Below, one piece after another: positions 28,797 to 40,950 of a stretch of DNA of 64,000 nt. Location of the stretch: assembly GCA_973895155.1 (NCBI GenBank), contig OZ316894.1, positions 21,919,867-21,983,866 on the forward strand, given 5' to 3'. Numbering within the stretch: the stretch's first letter is position 1; every line of letters begins with the position of its first letter. Source of the DNA: Marsupella aquatica (taxonomy: Eukaryota; Plantae; Marchantiophyta). A model generated the notes under the pieces. It searched no databases. It was not told the DNA's origin and was given only the letters and a program-made list of their open reading frames with translations. The translations under genes and the position numbers were made by a program.

Positions 28797-30096
28797 ATTA
28801 TTTATTTATTTATTCCAACAAAACACCCCCAAAAAGGGTGGGGGACCCACAAAGACACCCCAGGGGACAAAAGCCACCCCGGTGAAGGAGCACAGCGGGG
28901 AACGCCCAAGCAGCGACAGCCAAATTAATCCAGTCAAAGGGCCCTAAGCACCAATCTAGGCTCACGGTCCCACTGTCCCGGGCAGCTATTCATCCTGGCT
29001 CTATACCTAAAGTGTCTGTCCACTAAAGAAGACTTAGATCTATCCATATTCTGGTTTCTAATCTCCCTAGCAACCTTGATCTGGGGAGAAAGAGTGAAAG
29101 AAACGACTTTACTTTGGGTAAAACTACACTGCGGCAATCTTTGAGCAAAAAGTTGGGAAACATTCATCTTGTGCTTACTTGTCATGTGAATTGGCGTTAA
29201 GGGAAACAGGGCTGTCAATATTATCCCAAGGGAGGAGAACAACCTGGAGCTGTTCGAGGGCTCCCCGAATCTGTTTGCTTTTCTTCTCAGACTGACACAT
29301 CGGCAGCATAGCCTTAAGGCGAGTCTCGGTATTGCGCAGGATGACCCAGCCAGGAAGATTGCCCAGGAAATTAGAGTAAATGACGTTGTTTCTCTCATTC
29401 CATATACTGCTGCAGAGCTCCATCAAGAGAACAATAGACCCTGGTTGTCTCTTGGGTTGTCTCTTCTATCGCTTAATAGCAGAAGCAATGGCTTCATATA
29501 GTGAGCTACAATCATGATGTAGAGCTGGAGAGTCCCGCAGAAGACTTTGCACTTCCTTCCATCTTGCAGTCACCTTGCTGCAGCTAAAGAACAGGTGTTC
29601 AGTGTGTTTGAAAGCTGACTTGCAACGATAGTACACACCGTCACAGACTTTCAGTGGCTGCCTCTTTCGTTGGTGAAAAAGCCATGATTGAGAAGATGCC
29701 ACACAAAGAATCTAACTTTTGGTAGCGCCCAACCCCCTCACAGCTTCTTCCACAATTGCCCCCATTGTGACTATGTGTTCTGGTGGTCCCATCTTAGATT
29801 CAACTTTGTAACATTATAGTCCATAAGAAGAGAGCACTTAACCCAGACAGCATTGGGGAAGGACCAGCCCCGGGTTTTTACCTAGCCAATCCCACGGCCA
29901 TCCGGCGCAGTCTTGCAGGAGTCCATTGTTGAGGCCGGTGATTTGTTTCAGCTTGCGATAGAACTTAATGAACTCTGTGTGCCTGCTCCACCTATTGCTC
30001 CTGATCCGTTGGTGTAGTTCTTCTTCGTTCATCCAACCCTATTCAGTCCCCTAGAGATCAGTGATCTTTTGATGTGCATGTTGATCATGTACCGTC
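28797..30096 (-). mobile_element. 5'-truncated L1-type LINE (zf-RVT C-terminus, 3' UTR, A-rich tail)
   Basis: Minus-strand translation QLWKKL*GGWALPKVRFFVWHLL ... CKSAFKHTEHLFFSCSKVTARW ... SIWNERN. (AAAT)n tail at about 28797-28814. Possible degenerate TSD GTAATCTACTATCATTA / GTAGTCTAGCTATCATGA. Confidence 0.8.
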
Positions 30097-30357
30097 GTAG
30101 TCTAGCTATCATGATTCAAGCCATTTCAAATTTCATATTGCACCCTTGAGTGTAGTGTACTCTAAAATATTAAAAAGCAAATAAAAGAGGGAACTAGTAA
30201 ATATGCCCCCTTCTGCTGATCTCAATGCATGACACAATCTTGACTATCCTGGTGATTTTGAAAAGTAATATATATATATATATTTTGCCTCAAAAGCACT
30301 TTTATTTGTCAATTAAATTGGAATCAAACTGAGAAAAAACCCTAGACCAGACACATC

Positions 30358-30647
30358 CTGGGGGTCTCACTATATGGATGCCTCCCCATCACCTACGATG
30401 TTTTTAGGCCTCATACCCACTAAAATGTAAGAAAAATTTATTTTTAACCCCTATAAAGTTGGAATATTCTTGGAATATTCCAAAATTTTGGTTATAAAGA
30501 CCCTAATGTTCTTATAAGTCTTGAAATTTGATTTAAAAGACCCTATTGTTCTTCTCAGAAATTTGTAAGTCTTCCCTTTGAACCAATAAAATGACCTTAT
30601 ACTTTGTTGCACGTGATGTGCCATTTTTGTAAAAGTCAAACCCCCAG
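30358..30647. mobile_element. MITE (290 bp) with 8-bp TSD
   Basis: TIRs CTGGGGGTCTCACT / AGTCAAACCCCCAG; perfect TSD GACACATC at 30350-30357 and 30648-30655. Confidence 0.88.
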
Positions 30648-33600
30648 GACACATCGTGGTAGTTGATAGAAAAGGAATAGCTCCCACTAGAATAGTATAC
30701 AAACGAACCTGAATGCTAATAGAAGCAATGACAAAAATAGTTGTGTATGCTATCATTTTGACATACACAATTTTTTTTATTTCCATCACATAAACTTTGG
30801 TAGGCCCTGGAGTCTTGGTCTAGAGGCTTCACTCTTAGAAGGCTAGATCCCAACTCTAGCTTAATTGAAAATTATTAGTACTTAGATGTCGTAGAGTTTG
30901 AAAACCTTGGCAGTGCACCCCTCCAGTTTATGCACTAGTTCAAGAGGATTTTGCTTATGATCATGAAAAATGATTGAAAAGGGGAGGCAGTTGTCTCACA
31001 TGAAACCAAGGGAAGCTGGTCTCGTATGGAAGCAGAAGTCAAGAATAGATATTTACTAGCCCCGACTACCCGTTCTTTGAATTTGAATAGCGGAGAGGAC
31101 AATAAAAGTGTCAACAAATATTCACATTCTTTGAAGGTTAATGAAATGATAAAAAACCATAATACATGCCATCATTTTAATAATCATACATGACATACCA
31201 TCCTCCTTTCTATTCACATCCCTTTTTCTATGCACATATATTGTGGGGCCCTATAGCCCATTTTTTTGAAAGTACATAGAAATCATGACAAAAAGCATGC
31301 ATGATTATCATTTGATATACAAATAGTCATGAGAGTTTTCGTGGAATATAGAGTTAGGGTCTAGAGGCTTCATTCTAGAAGCCTAGGCCCCAACTCTAGC
31401 TTGTGGTTGGCACTTTATAAGTAAGATGTTTAAAATAAACAACAAATATTTGTTAGTCAAGGCTTCATAACATTTGTTAAACCACAACTACCGGTTTAAA
31501 ATGGCCCCCATCCCTGTCGCATCACTGCTCACTCCTGCGCACGGGGAACATGCCCACCATTGCTCCAGCCCTACCTCACTTACTGCCTGTTTGTTCAGCC
31601 AATGAAAACATAGGGACTCTTGTACCAAATTTTTCACAATATAAACTATTTTTGGTAGCCATTTTTGGTAAGTTGTGTATATCCCCCAGATCTATAGTTT
31701 GAGCCATAGATTGATGAACAAATGAGAGAACAAGAGAGGGCCTAAAATTCCTGAAGTTGACTGAATTGCATGTACAATGAGAGCTACGTACTGATAACCA
31801 CAGTTGAATAGGGGCAGGGTGTGTTTTAATTTAATGTTGCTCTACTAGGAAGCACCTTTGCTCACCTGTGACAAGTCAATTGTCCATACTTGGAAGTAAT
31901 TTTTTCTAACAAGTATTCATCTATGACCCTATTAATACCCACCTTACATCTAATAATAGCAAATTGCAATACAATCTTCTAAATGAGAACTGCATTGAAT
32001 TTTATTGAGCGAATGCATGGATTTATTTGTTACAATTGCATGGGGTGGGCCATATTACTACAAATATCCCAATCTGAGAAACCTAAGTTGGCTTTGTGGT
32101 CCAAATTGTGAAGGACTTGTCTATATTGTCTTACTTTCATGGTCATTGATGTTGGAGACGTGCAAGTTAAAAGGCCTACCTTGAGAAGCACACCAAATAT
32201 GGCTTGCTTGTTGTTTGAGCTTCTATATATTTTGATCATTGTTTTTGCAAGAAGACAAGATGGATATAAGAGACTTGTTGATGATTTAGGATACTTGCTG
32301 TCTTCGTATAGTCTACCTTCTTTCATTTCCACTTCTGTCTCCTTCTGCGCTACTTTGCATGTGTCAAATTGCAGATCACTCATTAGTTAATATAAGGGGT
32401 TTCTTTTGTGTTGTAAAAATATTGAGGTTACTTGAAGAACAATACCCCTAGCTCCCTCCTCACAAGTCAAGGAGACTTGAACAACAAAAAACACGTCCAA
32501 TGAAGGTCAGCACATAATATTTGCAATATAAACAAAATATCTACACTATAAAGTAAATTCCCGACAACCAAGTAGGGAAGGTCAAATCTGATTTGAAGGG
32601 TTAGAATAATTAAAGGACGACATTAATGGTAAAGATCTAGTAGGCCCAATTTGCCCAAAGGTGATCTTAGTTAAGGTGTTGTCTAGGTAAGGCTCTACCA
32701 GAATCGCCAGTGGGGATTCATTGAGGAATTGAGAGTAGAGGTTGAATTAAGAGTCAGTTCCATAAAGACAAATGGGGGTTCTAAGCTTCAAGCAAAAGCT
32801 ACATCAATCTTGATTGGCTAAATATATGGATTTTTAAGGATCTTGCTCTCAAGGCGCCAGTTGCAGTGCTGTTGGCTGGTGTTGTTGCCTGGGCAGTGTG
32901 TCTTGGATAATGAGCCCCAAGCAACAAACATGTTCACAAGCTTGCCCCAATAATAAGGTAGGTAGGCTGATCGAACTACAAGCAAGGGCAACGTGGGTCT
33001 AAGAGTGTGTTCCATTTGGTAGATTGCAACCCATAGTCAACTCTATCCCCTTCCCATATTCCCCCAAATGCTAGAGCAACTTCAGCCCTTTGGCTCCTTT
33101 TAGGATTCCCTCAAAAAATAAAACAGGACAGAGCCTGTTGTCATTTGCCTTGACTTCACTAAAATGGAGGAGCAAAACATGATGGATTTTTACAATGGGG
33201 TGAGAATGGACAAATGAAACTCAACTATGATGCACTAGTTATATATTATTTTGTATCACTAAAAAATAATGAAGGGCACCAAACCAGGAGAGCAGATTTA
33301 TAATTAAGATGAGAAACGTATCAAAGGGGGAATTTAAGACCTGTGGAGACCCAATAGAAGGAGAACACCAAAGCCTGGCCCTGTTATAAAAGCGTGAATG
33401 AAACAGGACGCAGCCTATTGCTTAAAGTCTATTGCCTCCAAAACTCCTAAACATCCTAAAGCCTCAGGGAGTTTTATTCTGGAGAAAGGTTGACAGATAG
33501 TAAGGGAGTGAGTTAAAAAATGTTTAAGCCCTGCAAACCTTTGTCTAATTGAGTTCATGATAAACATGAATGACCTGCATACACTATCAGAGGCATTCGT

Positions 33601-34847
33601 CCCAGCACAATGTCTTTACTGACCCCTTAGAGTCAGTTCCAAAATTCTTGGCCTAAGGCTGTGCAATATTGGCTATCTCCATCACAAACACCAATGATGA
33701 TGTTTTTGGCGACAAACAAACACAACCCTTCATGTTTGTGCAATGCCAGCAAAGTTAGTCAGATCTGGGAACAGTAAGAACAAAGAGTGGGGGCGACTAA
33801 CAAAATAGTTTAGAGTGCTTATGAAGCATAAAAAATGATTCTTTGATGCACCTTTAAGAATGTTATGAGCATTTTGATGTAAGCACTGACTTTTCAGTGT
33901 ATGTATTATTAAAACAAAAAAGAACATGTATGAGCATGGCTAGTATAAAGCATACATAAGTAGTGGTCCATGAATTAATTCTAACTTGTTTGTAGTACTT
34001 TTCACCATGCACATCCATTTGTATTTTATTCCTTTGTATTTCTTATGGCCTGTGAAAGCACCATGTTCTGCCTTCTCACAGAATGCACTCCCCAATGGCC
34101 CTGAACCCACTATCCCTCACTAATGGAATTATAAATGCATGTACATTCAGTAAGGTTTTCCATCTGGGTTTTTATGGGACAGCAATGTCAGTTGCCGCCA
34201 GGCAGTCGCCCTGGGGTTTGGTTGATTGATATCCAACAAAACTCGTCCTGAAAAAGCTGTGTTGTACTCAAATTTTGTTTTGGTTTGGGGTGACCAATTA
34301 TTTAGAGCATCTCACTCCTAGTACCCACTTTGACAAACCCTACAATGTAGCTCTCACCCTTAATGCCCTCTAAGACACACCATACAAACTTAGCTCTATT
34401 GCATGCAAGCTTGCCCCCACAAAGGCAACTCCATCTGCTAATCATCAGGACCATTGAATATATAGCAAGGGGCCAGCCCCCTTGGAGCATCTGTGCTTGG
34501 GATCACTCTTGGGTCCTGAGGGGCCACCCACATACAACCTTTAGAGCATCTCCACGGTTTGGTGACCAATGCTTCCCAATAGAAAGAGATGACTCTAGGG
34601 GGATTGAGGTGACTATGTTTTCCACAACCCCAATGAAATGCCCCCTAAATGACGTCCATTCCCTACATATACTATACAAATAGATTTGGATGTGTTCTTC
34701 ATTCATCTCTTCAATGTCATCATTCTATTCAATGTCATCTACAGCAGCTGTTGAATAGCAAAAACAATCATGTAAGTTTTGCAAGTGGAGTATATTCGTT
34801 ACTAGTTTAAAGTACTAGTTTGAAAATTACAAGTTAAATGGGCATGT

Positions 34848-34920
34848 GATCGCGTGGCCTAATGGATAAGGCGCTCGCCTCCGGAGCGGGAGATTGTGGG
34901 TTCGAGTCCCACCGTGATCG
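34848..34920 (+). tRNA. tRNA-Arg(CCG)
   Basis: 73 nt: acceptor GATCGCG/CGTGATC, A box TGGCCTAATGG, anticodon arm CTCGC-CTCCGGA-GCGGG, T arm GTGGG-TTCGAGT-CCCAC. TTTT terminator at 34921. Confidence 0.97.
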
Positions 34921-34924
34921 TTTT

Positions 34925-35245
34925 AGAAAATCATTTCTTTCGTTGCAAATGCCCCTATTGTGTATCGGGTTCATGCTCAGAACTGATTTTTTCTTCCAAT
35001 TTCGAAATCATTTCTTTCTTTGCAAATGCCTCGATTGTTTGTTGGGTTCATGCTCAGGACTGATTTTTTCTGCTAATTTGGAGCTAATTCATGGGAAGTG
35101 ACTCCACTGTCGGGTTCATGCTCAGGCCTGACTTTTCTGCTAATTTGGAGCTAATTCATGGGAAGTGACTCCATTCTGTTTGTCGGGTTCATGCTCAGGA
35201 CTGATTTTTTCTGCTAATTTCGAGCTAATCTATGGGAAGTGACTC
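34925..35245 (+). repeat. Tandem ~70-bp repeat array directly downstream of the tRNA
   Basis: GGGTTCATGCTCAGRACTGATTTTTT-like core x4 (about 34967, 35044, 35112, 35185) and CTGCTAATTTGGAGCTAATTCATGGGAAGTGACTCC x3. Confidence 0.9.
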
Positions 35246-35355
35246 GATTCCGTGAGATGGGTCTCTCGATTCCTGTGCAAGAGACAAGCTCTGCTGATCA
35301 TGGACAAATTAGTAGTGCTGATAATAACACTTGACGATAACCCCACAACAGCACT

Positions 35356-35442
35356 AAGTGCCCAGCAGATCGACCAACCTGCCGAAGTGCCAAGCAGATC
35401 GAACAACCTGCCGAAGTGCCAAGCAGATCGAACAACCTGCCG
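35356..35442 (+). repeat. 29-bp tandem repeat x3
   Basis: AAGTGCCAAGCAGATCGAACAACCTGCCG repeated three times upstream of the 35773 ATG. Confidence 0.9.
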
Positions 35443-35772
35443 TGCAGCAGCAGCACGTGAGTCCTTCGCCATCACAGGTGCTGTGGCTCCAGCTGGGCGC
35501 CCTGTGACCCTGTTTCCTTGTACGAAAACGAGGTGTGGGATGATCATGATGCTGGTGATGATTTTGTCGGGATCTCTATTGCAGAGCTGATTTTTTTTCA
35601 TTCCAAGTGCGTGAGGGAGAGATTGAAGGTAGACAGACACCGATTCGACGGTGCCCGAATAATACATCGTCATGCTCGGTCCGCCCTGATGTTAAGTTCC
35701 AGCAGGTGAGGTGAGGGGAGGTGAGGTGTGGTGACATGACATGACTCTAAATTTAGGTGATGCAACTCTACA

Positions 35773-38700
35773 ATGAATTTCCTTCTGAGGAGTTCCACTC
35801 AGATCAATGCGACAGCAGGAGCAGCAGCAGCGGCAACAGCAGGAGCGGGGGATGCTCCATTTTCAACTGCCACGGAGGCTGATAGGGACCAAAAGCCTAT
35901 ACTCCACTCCATCTCTTTCAACAGTCTGCACCCGCTGACAACGGCCGATTTTGCGATGGTGGACGAGCTCAAAGGAGCCGGGGAGTTTGGGAGCATCTGG
36001 ACCCGCATGCCAATTGAGGACCACTATGATTTCCCACCGGATGAAGGCTGCATTCTCGTTCCCTTTCGTAAGTGCCTGTTTTTCCCTTTAGCAGCTGTTT
36101 TGTTCGGTGTTATGTTATGTTATAAGATGTCGTCTGTTCTCTACCCCAGATGCATGGCCTAGCCTTGGAGAGTCAGAGCTCTGGGCTCAAGTTGGCGTTC
36201 CATGGATGCCTTTTGTTAGCGCAGAGAATGACGAAGGTGCGGAGTCATTAGATGAAGACAATGTAGGTCACCTAAAGTCTTTTGTTTGCTCTATGTTTAG
36301 GGGATTTCCCTGAGAATTGGGCGTCAGCCCCAGATGTTGCTTCCCTGGAGTTCCTTCATCGTGACTTCATTTTCCCTGGTAAGCATCACCACTTGTGAGC
36401 CTCATGACAATTCGTCATGGTTCCTTCTTTCGCGTTTGATTGATCGGATATCATGGCCTGTTTTTCTTTGCTCACTCATTCACTCACAAGGTTACTTCGA
36501 ATTGAATTTGGCTCACTTCACTCAGTCTTGTCGCTAGTTTTGATTAAGGTTAGCCGATGAAAATCTCGAAGGCTCTAGAATTGGTGTCTGAAAGGACGAT
36601 AACAGTGTTTTCATAGGAGCTCTAAAGGTTTGCAGTTGTACTAGAAGGGAAGAGGAAAGTCAGTCCACATTTGGACAGAATTGGAGATTGCTTACGTCTG
36701 AGACTTTGTTGTGTTATGTGCAGGCGAGCAGTTTCATATTCTCGTGCATGTAAGAGCCGAGGATCCCTCGGGTCCTGAAATCCTGACTCCTTTTAAGGTT
36801 GCCGCTGCTATGAAAAACCTTGCAGCCAAGAAAACTAAAGAAGTGTCCTCTGGAGCGTCCGAAGGAGATAAAGGGAGTGGTATTATTGATGCACAGACTG
36901 GTGCCACTGATACATCTGATGATAAGATAGCAGATGAGCCCAGGAGTACAAAATGGAAGCTGAAATTAGAGGAAGTTAGTGAAAGAAATGAAGGGTCTTC
37001 ACCCCTTCATCCTTCTTACAGTCCCACTACTGTACTGAACCAAGAAGGAAAAAAGAAGAGAACGCTCACGTTGCTGGAGAACTTTCGCAAGTCACACTAC
37101 TACGTGCGCATTCTGAAAGAGGACGAACCTCTTTGGAAGAAGCCAGTTGTGGGTGCAGTTGAATCCCCACAATCTGGGGGCGAAGGCAGGGCTCCTGATG
37201 AGCATAGTAAGAAAGGGGGGATTTATGGATGCACCGCAGTGCCAATAGAGGAGGGAACATTTGATCCTCACTCAGCTGGTGGAATTGCCAGGCGCGCTGT
37301 TGCTTGCTCCCTACTTGAAAACGGAGACATTGTGGTAGGTTTTTCATCGTTTCTAAGTCGTCAAACTAGGAATTGATATGGAGAAAGGAGCATTGTGAAT
37401 ATATTTTCTGGAGATTATTTTATGGACCTTTGGTTGCGATGGAACTCATTTGCTTCTCGGACCTGTTGTCTTCTGCCTGTCTTTTGTATTGGAGAGAAAT
37501 ATTCTTCATTGTCACATTTATGTTTGCGTGTCTTCATTTCAATTTTGGGAGATGCTAGTTGATCACTGACAGCATGCAGTTGTTGCTGCAAGTGACCATG
37601 GCGGCAGACTTCATCGCAGATGATGCCTTCCTGGAAGTTCTACAGTATGAACGATTTGAACCTTCTGGTCAAGTTGGAGAACAGCTCCTGACGAGAGGTA
37701 GCTGGGATCCAACACAAGGCCTACTTCAGTGGTTATTACCCTTGGATCGTCCGTCTTCCCCGCCCCCATCAGTTGTTGGGCCCATCCAGGCCTCTCCTCC
37801 TAGGGTTGCCTTATCTGCAACCAACTCCACTATTTTCTCGTTTGGCCACTTGCGGTCATCTTCTGCGGGATCAATTCCAGCTTTGCAACCACAACCTGGG
37901 ACTTTATCTACAGCGACCCATTCGCCACCGATTTATGGCTCCAAAGTGTGGGATTCTGTGCTGCAAGAGAGGAGCAACAAGGGAGAGGCTGGCAGTGAAG
38001 GGCTTTTGTCCTTTAGAGGGGCAGTCCTTGAACCCCAGCGTTTTTCAGCACACTGTGGTCTCGAGGGTCCACATGTTCCTGGCAAACGGTGGAGACGAAA
38101 ACTTTCTATTGTTCAACCAATAAAACTGGAGTCCTATTCTGCACATTGCAACACGCAGGACCTCATCTGTGTTCTTGTAGAGGTGCGTTTTTCTACCTGT
38201 CCTTGTTTGATTAAAAAACCGCCAGATTTCTTATACAAGTGATGGATTTGTTTTCTGTTGGAACTGATTGGATATAATCACAATCATTCTCTGATGAGAA
38301 GTTTGATCTCCTGTAAGCTTGTGGGTGGGCTTTGATTTAAGCAATTCCATGTGATTGAAATTGTAATATTCACACAGTCGTTCCTATGCTCGATCTTCTG
38401 AGATCATTAGAATAGCTGTAAAGTTGTTGATCCAAAAGTCACTTAAGCAGTAAAAGGTTTATGATTTTCATACTTGCATGATAGGTTCCATTTTGGATGA
38501 CTCTGTTTGATGTTGAAAAATACTGATACTTCTGTTGCGAATCTTGCTGCTGCGTTTAGAATGTGCTACCACCCACTGGGAACACATCCGATGTAGTGAT
38601 CTTTGTGGATTCCGTGAATATAGTATGTCAATCAGCAGCTCCTGGGAGTCCGCCTCTGCCTATCCCTGTCAGTTGTGTGGAGTCTGGAGATGACCAAGAA

Positions 38701-40950
38701 CTACCTGGTCTTCCATTAAGGTGACTCTTCTGCTGCTTTGGTCGAATGGTTTGACTGAGAAACACAAGTGATATCTCTGTTGCTTAGACTTTGTCGTTTT
38801 GCTCTGAAATTGGTCTCTTGCTCCACCAATTGGGGTGATTAGATTGATTGATATATTTTGGCTGGGCCAATTTGTTTCCTGTCGACTGCAAGTCTCATTG
38901 ACTGTACTCGCATGGTTGTGTTCGCATCATCCTGTCATTAACCCCGTCCTATCACATTGTAGACATGCAGAGGTATTGTAGTAAAAGTCTCTATATTTGC
39001 ATGTTCATTTGTCTGTAAGTTGTATCGTCATGATATGAATGCTGTCTGAAGTCCATTTCCATGACTATTTTGTGGTATTTGGGGGGGGGGGGGAGGTTGG
39101 AAAGAGCGCGTATTGTGTGATACGCCCACCTGTTTTTCTCTATTTTGTTATAATGTCAGCCACTGGCAAGAACTCAAAATAATAAGTTCTACATGTAAAT
39201 TATAGAGTTGTCTATGCCAGAAAGTGTTCAATGTGCTGTATATTTAATTGCGTGGTCGAGCTGTAGCTCTGTCAAATTCTTTTGCTATATTCAGGTAATA
39301 TTCAGATGCTTCCGTGTTTATTTCACAGCCCTTTTGTTATCTTGTATGATCCACTGACAGAGCGGGGGAACAGCATTCTTTCATTTTGAGGCCTACAAGT
39401 CCTGCTTGGAAGCCATTACCTCTGGATGATAGCAAGTACAGCACTGCACCTTCTGGACCTGGACGTGAGCAACAGGGATTAGACGCATCCCAGTCTCGAA
39501 AGAAGCACACCAAGGATTCATCAGTGTCATTATCTGGAGGAGCACAATATGCTGTCATTGTCTCTTGCCGTTGCAGTCATACAGGTAACTTGCTCACTGA
39601 TGGATGACTCGTGAACCTGGGCAAGATGCTGGGGAGATGTACCAACAGTTAAAAGTTTTCTGACTTGGACCATTGTGAGTGTTTCTGAGAATAATGTTCT
39701 AAGGAGATCAGTAATCAGTACTAGTTGAAAGACTTCTGACTGGACCATTTTCAGTGCTGGGAGAGGGAGAAGAAAGTCCTGAAGACGTTATTTTGTTTTG
39801 TGTCAGAGTCACGGTTACAATATAGACACGCCCTACAGTGGCGACCGCGATTGCCAAGAGATCTACTTGTTTCTGTGTCTTTGGAGAGTCCTCCTCCAGT
39901 CGATGCTCTGCATGAAGGTCAACCTCTGTTCAAATCTCAGGTAAGACAGAATCGAGAAGGGGATGTCTCTAAAGCTTTGTGTGTACATCACCTACGTTTT
40001 TGGCTTCCTTATCTTCTTTGTGTTGTTTTCATTGAGTAGCTGAACAGACTTCTGTGTGCTATGTGTAGGTGGTCACAGTGCAGGCTACTAATCTTACTGC
40101 ACAAGATATGAATTTAACACTACTTGCTCCAAGCTCGTTAGCAAATTCCCCTCTTTCAATGGTTTCTTTCCCAGTTCCTATGGCAGACTCTCCAATTACT
40201 GGCTACAATCAGCAATATTCACCAAACGGGGAGCATTCTAGTGGGAATGAGGAGGAGAGTGAACCTACGTCGCCAGCTACCCAACAGCTCATTTCCCAGT
40301 CGGATTCTTCATCCCTACCTCCTGTGCAATCCATTGAAAGTGTGATCGGAGTGAGTCCTGTACTCTTCAGAGAGAGGAATATATCTGCAGCAGACATGGT
40401 AGCAGACAGCAGTCCAGCTCGCACTCATCTCTGGTTACAAAGTGTTGTTCCTTTGGGGTAAGCCTTAATCTCAAAACCTATGATCCGAACTGAGTCTTCT
40501 GCTGCTACTGGCTCTGTTCAGGATCGATCCTACTGTTCTGGCTGCTGACAGTATTGAAAACTACTTCCTTACAGTCTGCAAGGACTGTTTACTGTATACT
40601 ATGTGGGCCCTATGATATGAGGAGGTATCGTTTTTGATTGTTTTATTCTTTCAGGTGTGTACCTGCCTTTTCAACTACAGCTGTGAAGTGCGACATTCTC
40701 CCTCTTACAGATGGCATTATTACATTAGATACTCTCCATTTATCGGCTAATGAACATGGTATGTTTCCTCTTCTATGGATTCTTGTCTCGTGGTGTTCGT
40801 CTTGATAGTAGGCACAGGATCTGGCTCGTTTTTGTGGTCTGGCCTTCTCCCTAACAGGATTCTTCATAAATACCTGCAGGTTCTCTCTACATTCCCGAGA
40901 GTCCGTTGCAAATCCACACAACTTCAAGTATTGCTACAGGAGTGGTCTGA
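35773..40950 (+). CDS. TRIPP: TRAPP-interacting plant protein (TRIPP / AT3G17900-like), about 889 aa
   Basis: Exons: 35773-36067, 36301-36378, 36724-37334, 37580-38182, 38560-38720, 39361-39584, 39807-39940, 40069-40457, 40655-40758, 40880-40950; all GT-AG and in phase. Family recognised from memory via MNFLLRS, FIFPGEQFHIL, TPFKVAA, GLLSFRG, THLWLQS, LPLTDGIITLDTL. Confidence 0.85.

Noticed and set aside
36150-36313. Possible extra exon or alternative acceptor in TRIPP intron 1
   Set aside because: It leads to a stop at 36313 or needs a 38-nt intron; the homology-consistent path skips it.
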